The notes beneath the pieces were generated by a model. The model saw nothing but the letters and a program-made list of their open reading frames with translations. It did no database searches and had not been told where the DNA came from. DNA of 64,000 nt. It comes from Candidatus Collierbacteria bacterium RIFOXYD2_FULL_45_13 (lineage in GTDB: Bacteria; Patescibacteriota; Microgenomatia; UBA1400; MFAQ01). The stretch is taken from the NCBI GenBank assembly GCA_001774685.1, contig MFAS01000001.1:223557-287556 (forward strand), written 5' to 3'. Shown here in pieces: positions 45,247-54,595 of this stretch (the first letter of the stretch is position 1; the number at the start of each line of letters is the position of its first letter). A program made the translations under genes and the position numbers.

Positions 45247-46104
45247 ATGTCCACCACCCGTGATTTTTACGATATTTTAGGGCTAACCAAATCTGCAACA
45301 GCCGCAGAGATTAAGTCTGCCTATAGGAAGCTCGCTCTCAAGTGGCACCCCGATCGGAACAAAGAGAAAGACGCTGCCGAAAAATTCAAAGAAATCAATG
45401 AGGCTTATGAAGTTCTAAGTAGCCCAGAAAAGAAATCAAAATACGATCAGTTTGGCCACGCCGCCTTTGGTGGAGGCACCGGCTTTAATCCACGCGGCGG
45501 TGCTTCCGGCAATCCTTTTGCCGGATATTACTCTACCGGTGGCAACATCAACTTTGAAGATCTTTTTGGGGGACAAGGCGGCTTCTCCGATCCATTTGAT
45601 ATTTTTAGTGCCTTTTTTGGTGGGGGCGCTCAGGGTAGACGCCAAGCCAAACCCCACTACTCTCTCAAGCTAGAATTTATGGATGCCGTAAGCGGTGTCG
45701 AGAAAACTATTATTCATCAAGGCAAGCAGTACACGGTGAAAGTCCCGGCCGGTGTCGACGAGGGTAATCGCATCCGCTACAACGAATTTGACGTCAGTTT
45801 TGAGATTAAGCCGAGTAAGGTCTTTAAGCGTGAGGGTAATGACGTTATCGTCAATCATGAAATCCCTTTTACTCTCGCCATTCTAGGTGGTGAAACTGTT
45901 GTACCCACTCTTGAGGGGGATCTTAAGGTCCGCATCCGCGCCGGTACTCAGCCGGAATCGGTTATCCGGCTAACCGGCAAAGGCATTAAGCATCTCCAGT
46001 CCAATCGCCATGGTGATCTCTACATCCGCTTTGTCATCAAGCTACCATCCCGCCTCTCCGGTAAGCAAAAAGACCTCCTCAAAAAATTCGAAGAGTTATC
46101 CTAG
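45247..46104 (+). CDS. dnaJ: DnaJ-class co-chaperone without the zinc finger
   Basis: J-domain with HPD, G/F region, C-terminal domain; no CxxCxGxG. Confidence 0.9.
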   Translation: MSTTRDFYDILGLTKSATAAEIKSAYRKLALKWHPDRNKEKDAAEKFKEINEAYEVLSSPEKKSKYDQFGHAAFGGGTGFNPRGGASGNPFAGYYSTGGNINFEDLFGGQGGFSDPFDIFSAFFGGGAQGRRQAKPHYSLKLEFMDAVSGVEKTIIHQGKQYTVKVPAGVDEGNRIRYNEFDVSFEIKPSKVFKREGNDVIVNHEIPFTLAILGGETVVPTLEGDLKVRIRAGTQPESVIRLTGKGIKHLQSNRHGDLYIRFVIKLPSRLSGKQKDLLKKFEELS

Positions 46105-46144
46105 TCTTTGCCCTAGTGGCTGAGATTTTTTTTGGCAAATGCGC

Positions 46145-46211
46145 TATAATCACCCTAGGATTGTGGTTTTCAGGTTTGAGCGGCTCGGGTCGCTCTTTTT
46201 ACTAAAAACCA
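46145..46211 (+). promoter_or_regulatory. nusA leader with a terminator-like hairpin (rimP-leader-like)
   Basis: TATAAT at 46145; GAGCGGC-TCGG-GTCGCTC-TTTTT at 46178-46200. Confidence 0.6.
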
Positions 46212-46258
46212 TGCCTAACTAAACACAATATCAACAAAAAATTAAGAACAACCGACCT

Positions 46259-47464
46259 ATGGATACACAAACTCTTTCTGCCCGCACCGAATTTGCCGCC
46301 GCTATCAATCAAATCTGTTCCGAACGGGGTATTTCTCCCGAGATAGTTCTAAACGCCATCAACGGAGCCCTTGTGGCTTCCTTCAAAAAAGATTACCCGG
46401 AGCAGGCTCTTAAGTTCGAAGAGGATGAGCTGGTTGTTAGTGCCGATGTCGACTCAGAAAATGGCCAATTTCGGCTTTTTGTAGGCAAGGAAGATGCCAA
46501 GAAGAAAGATCTCAAAGAGATTACTCCTCCAGGCTTTGGCCGTATTGCCGCTCAAGCTGCTAAACAAGTCATCCTCCAGACCATCAGAGAGGCCGAGCGC
46601 GAAGCAGTTCTGGCCGATTACCAGGAACACATCGGTGAAGTCATGACTGGCATGGTTCAGCGGATGGATGGTCGCAATGTCGTCATCGATCTCGGTCGTG
46701 GTCAAGCCGTCATGCCTCCGGAAGAGCAGGTTCACACCGAATTCTATCGCCTTAACTCCCGCCTCAGCGTATATCTTAAAGAAATTACCGAAACCATCAA
46801 AGGCAAGCAAATAATCGTTTCACGCGCTGACGATCGTCTTCTGGCTGGTCTTTTCCAGAGAGAAGTTCCGGAAGTTAACTCCGGTGCTGTTGTCATCAAA
46901 GCCATCGCCCGCGAACCAGGTTCCCGTTCTAAGGTAGCTGTGGAGTCAACCCAGGCTGGCGTCGATCCGGTCGGCTCTTGTGTCGGTCAAAAAGGTGTCC
47001 GTGTCCAAGCGGTTATCAACGACCTTAATAACGAAAAAATCGATATTATCCAATATGCGGAAGACAAAGATAAATTCATCAAGTCTGCTTTGGCTCCTGC
47101 AGACGGCCTTAACATTTCCTTTGACAGTCGGTCCGGCGAAACTACCGTTACGGTTCCTTCCGATCAGCTCTCTCTCGCCATCGGACGAGGTGGTCAGAAC
47201 GTCAAACTAGCTGCCAAGCTAACCGGCAGCAAACTCCGTATTGTCTCTGAGGCCGCCCCACCCGAGTCGGCCATTGTGGCAACCGGGGCGGAGGAATATG
47301 AAATAGACCAGCTTGACCTCGAGACCAAGGCCCGAAACATCTTGGTCGAAGCCGGTCTCACCCACATTGAAGATCTCACGGAAGACAAGCTGGATGCTGT
47401 CAAAGGCATTGGCCCCAAGACACTTGAGAAAATCAAGGTCCAGCTCGCCTCATACAAAAGCTAA
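46259..47464 (+). CDS. nusA: transcription elongation factor NusA
   Basis: FGRIAAQ.AKQ, AREPG.RSK, DPVGSCVG.KG, LSLAIG..GQNV.LA; C-terminal HhH. Confidence 0.96.
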   Translation: MDTQTLSARTEFAAAINQICSERGISPEIVLNAINGALVASFKKDYPEQALKFEEDELVVSADVDSENGQFRLFVGKEDAKKKDLKEITPPGFGRIAAQAAKQVILQTIREAEREAVLADYQEHIGEVMTGMVQRMDGRNVVIDLGRGQAVMPPEEQVHTEFYRLNSRLSVYLKEITETIKGKQIIVSRADDRLLAGLFQREVPEVNSGAVVIKAIAREPGSRSKVAVESTQAGVDPVGSCVGQKGVRVQAVINDLNNEKIDIIQYAEDKDKFIKSALAPADGLNISFDSRSGETTVTVPSDQLSLAIGRGGQNVKLAAKLTGSKLRIVSEAAPPESAIVATGAEEYEIDQLDLETKARNILVEAGLTHIEDLTEDKLDAVKGIGPKTLEKIKVQLASYKS

Positions 47465-47473
47465 TTAAATCCT

Positions 47474-48883
47474 ATGCCAGAAAACATTTCGGCCACCAGA
47501 CCGCCGGTGGTTACTATTCTTGGACACGTTGATCACGGCAAAACTTCTTTACTGGATCGCATTCGCCATGCCGAAGTGGCCGCCGGGGAGATCGGAGGTA
47601 TTACTCAAGCTATTGGTGCATATCAGATCGAATACAAGGGACAAAAGATCACCTTTATCGATACCCCCGGTCACGCCGCTTTTTCCGCGATGCGTCACCG
47701 TGGCGGGCAAGCAGCCGATGTGGCCATCCTTCTTGTCGCTGCCGATGATTCCGTCATGCCTCAAACTATCGAGTCTATCGAACACATTAAGTCTGCCGGA
47801 ATTCCTTTTGTCGTCGCGGTTAACAAAGTGGATCTACCCGGTGTCCATCCCGATAGAGTCAAAACAGACCTGGCTAGTAACGGTGTCTACGTGGAAGGAT
47901 ACGGAGGTAACATTCCTTTAGTCAACATCTCAGCCAAGACCGGTGCCGGAGTCGAGGATTTGCTGGAAGTTATCCTGTTGCTGGCTGAGTTGGAAGAACT
48001 TAAGGATAACTCTTCCGAAACCCCTGCAACCGCCCTGGTTATCGAATCTTCACTTCACCCCCAAATCGGCCCTCTTGCCACCCTGCTTGTCCAAAAAGGA
48101 ACATTCAAAAAGAACGATGGTCTGTTCTTAGTTAAGAAAAATATCGGTAAGGTTAGATCCATGATCGATTACACCGGCAAGACCATTTTGCAGGCTACTC
48201 CCTCCACCCCATTTCAAGTCATCGGCCTTTCGGATGTTCTTAGTGTCGGCGACATCATCACCAACATTTCTACCTCTCTCTCTGCTTCTGTCCAGACATC
48301 TGTCCCCGACCTCGCCAATGTCTTAAATAGCGAAAAGCCAACCATTCTTCTCAAAGCAGACGTCCAAGGTTCGCTAGAGGCCATTCTGGGATCAATCAAG
48401 GATCAGGCCAACATTGTTCATGCATCTGTTGGTAATGTATCCGATACCGACATCCAAACAGCTTTATCTGCTGGTGCCGAAATCCTCGGATTTAACGTCC
48501 GCATCTCCGGCTCCGTCGCCAAACTGGCAGAAATTGAAAAGATAAGATTCACGAACTTCAGAATAATTTATCAGCTCTTTGATTATCTAAAGGAACTCCA
48601 AGAGAAACAGACAATTGCCCAAGGTCCAAAAATTATCGAGACCGGACAAGCAACTGTGCTAAAGGTCTTCAACTTTGGCGGTATCATCGTTTATGGTTGT
48701 GTTGTCACCTCAGGGAAAATTAAGATTACCGACAAAGTTCAAAACTCAAAAATTTCTTCCTTACAAGCAAATAAATCAGAAGTCTTAGAAGTCAAAAAAG
48801 ACCAAGAATTTGGCATTACTCTTGTTCCACCCATTGAATTAAAACCCGGTGATATAATGACGGCTACTACTATAGAGGCCTAA
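47474..48883 (+). CDS. infB: translation initiation factor IF-2 (lacks N-terminal domain)
   Basis: RPPVVTILGHVDHGKT, GGITQ.IGAY, DTPGH, KADVQGS.EA. Confidence 0.95.
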   Translation: MPENISATRPPVVTILGHVDHGKTSLLDRIRHAEVAAGEIGGITQAIGAYQIEYKGQKITFIDTPGHAAFSAMRHRGGQAADVAILLVAADDSVMPQTIESIEHIKSAGIPFVVAVNKVDLPGVHPDRVKTDLASNGVYVEGYGGNIPLVNISAKTGAGVEDLLEVILLLAELEELKDNSSETPATALVIESSLHPQIGPLATLLVQKGTFKKNDGLFLVKKNIGKVRSMIDYTGKTILQATPSTPFQVIGLSDVLSVGDIITNISTSLSASVQTSVPDLANVLNSEKPTILLKADVQGSLEAILGSIKDQANIVHASVGNVSDTDIQTALSAGAEILGFNVRISGSVAKLAEIEKIRFTNFRIIYQLFDYLKELQEKQTIAQGPKIIETGQATVLKVFNFGGIIVYGCVVTSGKIKITDKVQNSKISSLQANKSEVLEVKKDQEFGITLVPPIELKPGDIMTATTIEA

Positions 48884-48885
48884 TT

Positions 48886-49836
48886 ATGGAAGATCAAAAT
48901 CATTTCTCTTCTGCCAAAAAACTCCTCGACTCCGCCAATTCAATCATCATCATTCTCCCTCCGGACCCTTCTGTCGACTTAGTTTCCGCCGGACTCAGTC
49001 TCCACCTGTCACTCAAGTCATCTGGTAAAAAAAGCCAAATCGGTTGTGGCAGTGAAGTCCATGTGGCTTCAAATCTTCAAGGCGCTCATGAAATCGCCGA
49101 CAGTATCGGAGCCAGAAACCTGGTCATTTCCTTTAATTATCACGAAAACGATTTGGAAAAAGTTGATTATGATGTTCGCCCCGACGGCAAGTTTTACCTC
49201 ATGATCAAACCAAAAGCCAACTCACCGATTCCAGACGTTAGTAATGTCAAATACTCTTACTCTGGCGCTTCCGCTGATTTGGTAATATCCCTTGGTATAG
49301 GGTCACTGGAAGAACTGGGTAAAATCTATGCTGACGAGAAAAAGTTCCTAGACGAAGCCCAAATACTCAGCCTGCATACTTCTCCAAAGCCGGTTCAGTT
49401 TACCAAGAATCTTCTCCATCAAACCACTGGCTCCTACTCCGAACTCGTCTCTGTACTGTTAGAAAAGGTGGGCATTAAACCCTCTTCAGAAGCCGGGAAA
49501 AATCTACTGGGATCCATCTACGAGGAAACCAAAAACCTTACCAGCCCCCGCATGACAGCAGAGACTTTTTCGGCGATCGCCTTCCTCATGCGTCACGGAG
49601 CTCGTTTGCCTAATCAACCCGCCTTCGTTCCCAGGTTTGCTCAGCCTGCTTTCTTCGAGGCTCCTTCTACGCCGGAAGAGGATGATGTCACCGATGAGGA
49701 TCTACCCCCCGATCAGGAGGAGATCCCTCTTCCCCAGGAAGATTACTCTCTAAAAGATAGTCAGGGAAGTCTGTCCACCGATCCGGTTCCTCAAGACTGG
49801 ACCAAGCCCAAAATCTTCCGCGCCACCGACCTGTAA
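48886..49836 (+). CDS. degenerate DHH/NrnA-like protein
   Basis: Position after infB and overall DHH-like layout, but DxD and DHH motifs are not intact. Confidence 0.55.
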   Translation: MEDQNHFSSAKKLLDSANSIIIILPPDPSVDLVSAGLSLHLSLKSSGKKSQIGCGSEVHVASNLQGAHEIADSIGARNLVISFNYHENDLEKVDYDVRPDGKFYLMIKPKANSPIPDVSNVKYSYSGASADLVISLGIGSLEELGKIYADEKKFLDEAQILSLHTSPKPVQFTKNLLHQTTGSYSELVSVLLEKVGIKPSSEAGKNLLGSIYEETKNLTSPRMTAETFSAIAFLMRHGARLPNQPAFVPRFAQPAFFEAPSTPEEDDVTDEDLPPDQEEIPLPQEDYSLKDSQGSLSTDPVPQDWTKPKIFRATDL

Positions 49837-49887
49837 TCTGGCTTTACTCCTATTTTCCATATCATTTGGCTGTAGTATTATAAAGTT

Positions 49888-50286
49888 GTGATCCACATTA
49901 AATACAAATTGGACAGGTCTCCACTTCACGGTATAGGCTTTTTTGCCAACGAAGATCTGGAAAAGGGACAGCTTGTTTATTCGGCTAGTCCCAAGCTGGA
50001 CGTCAACATTTCGGACCGTGAATATCAAAGTCTGGACAAAAAAGAACAAGATGAAGTCAAGTACTGGGGTTTTTGGGATAAAGATAACCAAGTCTGGCAT
50101 GTCGATTTCGACAATTCTCGGTTCATCAACCATTCTTATTATCCGACTGTGACACAAGATATTGACCATGGAGACGCCTATCTAGTCACCACCAGATCTG
50201 TAAAGAAAGGTGAGGAAATCACTCAGAATTACCTGGAGTTCGAGAGCTTGGATGATCTTGCAAAAAGGGGCATTTCTCTAGCTTAA
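49888..50286 (+). CDS. SET-domain protein
   Basis: S.LHG.G.FA, RFINHS, GEEIT.NY. Confidence 0.85.
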   Translation: MIHIKYKLDRSPLHGIGFFANEDLEKGQLVYSASPKLDVNISDREYQSLDKKEQDEVKYWGFWDKDNQVWHVDFDNSRFINHSYYPTVTQDIDHGDAYLVTTRSVKKGEEITQNYLEFESLDDLAKRGISLA

Positions 50287-50335
50287 GCATGCCTGTTGGC
50301 AAAACCGCCTCCTTCTGGTACAATACCAACTTGAT

Positions 50336-50623
50336 ATGGCTCTAAAACCTGACACCAAAATAGACATTATAAAGAAGTTTGCCGCCAGTCCCAAGGACAC
50401 CGGCTCTCCTCGCGTCCAGATTGCCCTTCTCACCTCTCAAATCGAAGAGCTGACCGGCCACCTCAAGGTTCACAAGAAGGACAACCACTCTCGCCGCGGT
50501 CTCCTCAAGATTATCAGCAAGCGCCGTCGTCTTCTTAACTACCTCAGTAAATCCAACCCTAAGGATTATCTCGAAATTGCTAAGTCTCTTAAAATTACTA
50601 GCCAGTTGCGCTCGGCCGACTAA
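50336..50623 (+). CDS. rpsO: 30S ribosomal protein S15
   Basis: DTGSP.VQIALLT, HKKD.HSRRGL. Confidence 0.97.
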   Translation: MALKPDTKIDIIKKFAASPKDTGSPRVQIALLTSQIEELTGHLKVHKKDNHSRRGLLKIISKRRRLLNYLSKSNPKDYLEIAKSLKITSQLRSAD

Positions 50624-50627
50624 TACT

Positions 50628-50678
50628 TTGAGGAGTAAATAGAGAAAATCTGTTTGGTTCTTTCTGTTTTCTTCTCAA
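50628..50678 (+). promoter_or_regulatory. long stem-loop in the rpsO-pnp spacer (candidate RNase III site)
   Basis: TTGAGGAG/CTTCTCAA and AAATAGAGA/TTTCTGTTT arms. Confidence 0.55.
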
Positions 50679-50720
50679 GACCCTGCGGTGGAGCGCACAT
50701 ATTTAGAAAGGAAACCGGAT

Positions 50721-52910
50721 ATGACCTATCCATCCACCACCATTGTCCTCAATGGTAAAACCATTACTATTGAAACCGGTCGCTTCGGCGCCCAAGCCTC
50801 AGGCTCTGTTACCGTTCGCTGTGGTGACACAATTGTAAACGCCGCCGTTGTTGCTTCCAAAAAAATCAAAGAAGGTATTGATTATTTTCCCCTCTCCCTG
50901 GATTACCAGGAGAAGTTTTACGCCGGAGGAGTCATTAGTTCCAGCCGTTTTATCAAACGTGAAGGTAGACCTTCCGAAAACGAAATCCTCACCGGTCGGG
51001 TGATTGATCGCTCGCTTCGCCCTCTATTTGATCAGCGTAGTCGCAACGAAGTTCAGATTATGGCTTCACCTCTTTCGATTGATGGTCAGGAAGAGCCGGA
51101 AATCTTGGCCGTGATCGCCGCTTCCGCCGCTGTCTCAATTTCTGACTATCCTTGGGCCGGCCCGGTCGGAGCCGTAAGGATTGGTATGACCCCTGACGGT
51201 CAATACATCGTGAACCCCACTTCCGACCAAAAAGTCCTTTCCCCACTTGACCTTGTCGTTTCCGGTCCTAAAGGTGGCATAAGTATGGTTGAAGCAGGTG
51301 CCAATGAGGTATCCGAAGAAAAAATGATAGGAGCTCTGAAGTTCGCCCAGGAAAATGTCGATATCATCTGTGACGCTATCGAGAAATTCGCCAAAGAAGT
51401 CGGTAAGAAAAAACGTGACCTTGTTTTCTCGGAAATTGATCCAGCGGTCACCAAGATAGTTAAAGACGAAATCAAAAACATCGATGAAATTCTAATAAAC
51501 GAAGCCAAAAAGACTGGCACTCAGATGTCCGAATACACCGCCGCCATCGCCGTTGGCCATCCAGAGATCGACCCCAATCAAATCAACGAAATCGCCGACA
51601 GCATGCTTCGAGATCTCGCTCGTGCCGGCATTCTGGAAAAAGGCCAACGTCCTGATGGCCGGGATATTGAAGAAATTAGAAAAATTAATATTGAAGTTGG
51701 TCTCCTACCTCGCACACACGGATCGGCTTTCTTCCAGCGCGGCCTAACCCACGTTCTTTCGGTCGTTACTTTAGCTTCTCCTTCACGAGAGCAGCTAATG
51801 GATGGAATGAAGGGTGAGTCCACCAAACGCTATATGCATCACTACAACATGCCGGGCTATGCTTCCGGAGAAGTAGGGCGCCCCGGTACCGGTCGCCGAG
51901 AAATCGGACACGGTGCTTTGGCTGAGAGAGCTATCTTCCCCATGTTACCCTCAACTGACGACTTCCCTTATGCCATTCGGGTTGTTTCCGAAGTCATGTC
52001 CAGTAACGGTTCTACTTCACAGGCCTCTGTTTGTGGATCAACCCTGTCACTTATGGACGCCGGGGTGCCTCTCAAGAAACCTGTTGCCGGTGTGGCCATG
52101 GGACTAGTTACGGGAGGTGATAAATATGTTACGTTGACAGATATTAGCGGTTTGGAAGACCATCTTGGAGATATGGACTTCAAGGTTGCCGGCACCGTTG
52201 ACGGTATCACCGCCCTCCAAATGGATATTAAAGTCACCGGAGTCAATGCCGACATCTTAGTCAAGGCTTTGGAGCAAGCCAAGCGCGGTCGTCTAAAACT
52301 TCTCGATATCATGAACGAAACGCTTTCAGCTCCTCGTCCAAAACTTTCTCAATACGCTCCTCGTATCATGTCTACCAAAGTTCCTCAGCTCAAGATAGGT
52401 GAAATTATTGGACCTGGTGGCAAGATGATTCGTCAGATTCAAGAAGATTTCGAGTGTGAAATTGATATTCAGGAAGATGGGACCGTTACCGTTACCGGCA
52501 AAGATCAAGCCAAAGTTGATGGGGCCATTGCCTATATCGACTCTATGGTTGCCGAAGCTGAGGTTGGCAAAACCTACGAAGGCACCGTTGTCCGTATCGA
52601 AGCCTTCGGAGCTTTCGTAAATATCATTCCAGGCAAAGACGGTCTCGTACACGTCAGCCAAGTGCACCCAGATACCTTCAGATCCATGAAGATGGGCGAC
52701 AAGGTCAAGGTCAAGTGCTACGAAATCGATTCTATGGGTAGAGTCAACCTCACCATGCTAGAAGAAGGTGAAACTCCCATAAGAGCCGAACGGCCAGCCG
52801 GTGGTTCCGGCTTCGGCGGGGGTGGTGACCGTGGCGGTAGCCGAGGAGGAGATCGTGGCGGTCGACCCGGCGGTCGTCCTTCCTTCAGCAAGTTCCGCGA
52901 CACCAGATAA
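50721..52910 (+). CDS. pnp: polyribonucleotide nucleotidyltransferase
   Basis: RREIGHG, SNGSTS, DMDFKVAG, KH and S1 domains. Confidence 0.98.
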   Translation: MTYPSTTIVLNGKTITIETGRFGAQASGSVTVRCGDTIVNAAVVASKKIKEGIDYFPLSLDYQEKFYAGGVISSSRFIKREGRPSENEILTGRVIDRSLRPLFDQRSRNEVQIMASPLSIDGQEEPEILAVIAASAAVSISDYPWAGPVGAVRIGMTPDGQYIVNPTSDQKVLSPLDLVVSGPKGGISMVEAGANEVSEEKMIGALKFAQENVDIICDAIEKFAKEVGKKKRDLVFSEIDPAVTKIVKDEIKNIDEILINEAKKTGTQMSEYTAAIAVGHPEIDPNQINEIADSMLRDLARAGILEKGQRPDGRDIEEIRKINIEVGLLPRTHGSAFFQRGLTHVLSVVTLASPSREQLMDGMKGESTKRYMHHYNMPGYASGEVGRPGTGRREIGHGALAERAIFPMLPSTDDFPYAIRVVSEVMSSNGSTSQASVCGSTLSLMDAGVPLKKPVAGVAMGLVTGGDKYVTLTDISGLEDHLGDMDFKVAGTVDGITALQMDIKVTGVNADILVKALEQAKRGRLKLLDIMNETLSAPRPKLSQYAPRIMSTKVPQLKIGEIIGPGGKMIRQIQEDFECEIDIQEDGTVTVTGKDQAKVDGAIAYIDSMVAEAEVGKTYEGTVVRIEAFGAFVNIIPGKDGLVHVSQVHPDTFRSMKMGDKVKVKCYEIDSMGRVNLTMLEEGETPIRAERPAGGSGFGGGGDRGGSRGGDRGGRPGGRPSFSKFRDTR

Positions 52911-52953
52911 ATCTGATAGAATACCCTCATCTCAGCCCTTTAAAGGAGAAGCG

Positions 52954-53391
52954 ATGAAAATCCGTCAGGTGTTATTTTCTTTTGTCTTTATCATTCTGGC
53001 TGTTAGTCTTGAATGGTGGCTTTTCCGTACAATCACCACTTATGGTACGACAGTTCATATAGATGTCGACTATGGGGATATCGTCACCATTTCTGGAGTC
53101 GACACGGTCTCGGTCTCTGCCACAGATGATAGCTATTTTCGTATTTACGCCGGTGAAATGCGTCTGCTTGCCGAGCCTGATGACCAAGACCAATTTTCGG
53201 CTTCAGCCAGTCAATTCCCGGCCAGTAATTGGGAAATTAGAGATGGTCAACAGGTAGATGTTACTCTGAATTCGGACCACCTTATGGTTGTCAAAATCGG
53301 ACAATCGCTTGAATCCAAGATCATTGGGGCTACTCTTCTTACTATAGTTCTGTTTTTGCTGTGGTTGCTTGTAATTCTTCTCATGTCATAA
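52954..53391 (+). CDS. orphan two-TM protein
   Basis: AAGGAG SD, TM at each end, own terminator. Confidence 0.75.
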   Translation: MKIRQVLFSFVFIILAVSLEWWLFRTITTYGTTVHIDVDYGDIVTISGVDTVSVSATDDSYFRIYAGEMRLLAEPDDQDQFSASASQFPASNWEIRDGQQVDVTLNSDHLMVVKIGQSLESKIIGATLLTIVLFLLWLLVILLMS

Positions 53392-53401
53392 CCTCCTCTC
53401 T

Positions 53402-53426
53402 CCCCCGCTATCAGCGGGGGCTTTTT
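53402..53426 (+). terminator. intrinsic terminator
   Basis: CCCCCGCT/AGCGGGGG plus T5. Confidence 0.75.
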
Positions 53427-53442
53427 GATAGAATGAATCCAG

Positions 53443-54516
53443 ATGGATATTTCTGCCCCAACTTCAGATGCCAACTCGGTCGCGAGACGTGATCTTGACC
53501 TTCTAAACAAAAAACTTGAAGGTGTCGAGATGCCCCCGGAACTAAAAGAGAAAGCCCTTGATATGGTCGCCCGTTTGGAGCGTATGTTTACCCAAGGATT
53601 CTATTCTGAAGAGTTTGAAAAAGTTTCTCATTATATTGACTGGATCATCAAGGTTCCTTGGGTCAAGAGGGTTGATCGACCCATCGACCTGGTGACTATC
53701 AAAGACACCATGGACAAGAGCCACTACGGCATGGATTCTGTCAAAGAAAGAATTATCGAGTACATGTCGGTTCTCAAACTTCGCGCCAGCCGCAATCTTG
53801 GAGCCGCCCGTGCCCCCATCATTTGTCTGGTCGGTCTTGTGGGTACCGGTAAAACTACTTTTGCTTATGCACTTTCTGAAGCATTGGGCCGACCGATCGC
53901 CCGTATTCCATTCGGAGGTTTGGGGTCTGCGAGAGATCTACGTGGTGAATCTCGTTTACATATCGAAGCCGAACCCGGTTATGTCGCTCGAGCTCTTTGT
54001 GACTCCGGCGTTAAAAATCCTATTATCCTTCTCGATGAAATCGACCGTGTCACCGAAGAGGCTCGTATGGATATTATGGGTGTATTGGTAGAGCTACTTG
54101 ACCCCAGTCAAAACAATCGCTTCTTGGATCACTTTATCGATTATCCTGTCGATCTTTCTGAGGTTATGTTTATCGCGACGGCCAACAACACCGGCAATCT
54201 GGCTACCGCTGTCATGGATCGTCTTGAACCTATCATGATGCCTTCCTATACGGACGAAGAAAAGATGCACATCGCCCAAAGCTACTTATTCCCCAAAGCC
54301 CTCGAAGCCGCCGGCATGGATCCGGCTACTATCACCATCGATCCCACGCTCTGGCCCACTATCATCCGCCCGCTAGGTTACGACGCCGGTATCCGTACCC
54401 TCAACCGTACTATCGAGGGGGTCGTGCGCAAAGTAGCCATGATGGTCGTCACTGGTCAAGCCAAAACCGTCTACTTAACGCCTGACAACATCAAGTCCTT
54501 CCTGCCTAAGTGGTAG
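53443..54516 (+). CDS. Lon-type AAA+ ATPase lacking the protease domain
   Basis: YIDW...PW, HYG...VKERI, GLVGTGKT, LLDEID, ELLDP.QN..F.DH, DRLE; ends before the Ser-Lys domain. Confidence 0.85.
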   Translation: MDISAPTSDANSVARRDLDLLNKKLEGVEMPPELKEKALDMVARLERMFTQGFYSEEFEKVSHYIDWIIKVPWVKRVDRPIDLVTIKDTMDKSHYGMDSVKERIIEYMSVLKLRASRNLGAARAPIICLVGLVGTGKTTFAYALSEALGRPIARIPFGGLGSARDLRGESRLHIEAEPGYVARALCDSGVKNPIILLDEIDRVTEEARMDIMGVLVELLDPSQNNRFLDHFIDYPVDLSEVMFIATANNTGNLATAVMDRLEPIMMPSYTDEEKMHIAQSYLFPKALEAAGMDPATITIDPTLWPTIIRPLGYDAGIRTLNRTIEGVVRKVAMMVVTGQAKTVYLTPDNIKSFLPKW

Positions 54517-54595
54517 CCTGAGGGCTTGACTCTGACCCTATAATATAGTAAGATATCCAAAACTTTCAAGTCGTGTACCTTAAACGGAGGCAATA

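Noticed and set aside
45247-48883. Zinc-finger-less DnaJ and N-terminally short IF2 as pseudogenes or novelties
   Set aside because: Both have intact functional motifs and clean frames; such short forms are known in reduced genomes.
52801-52953. N-terminal extension of the 52801-53391 ORF overlapping pnp
   Set aside because: It is an alternate frame of the Gly/Arg-rich pnp tail; the promoter and SD point to ATG 52954.
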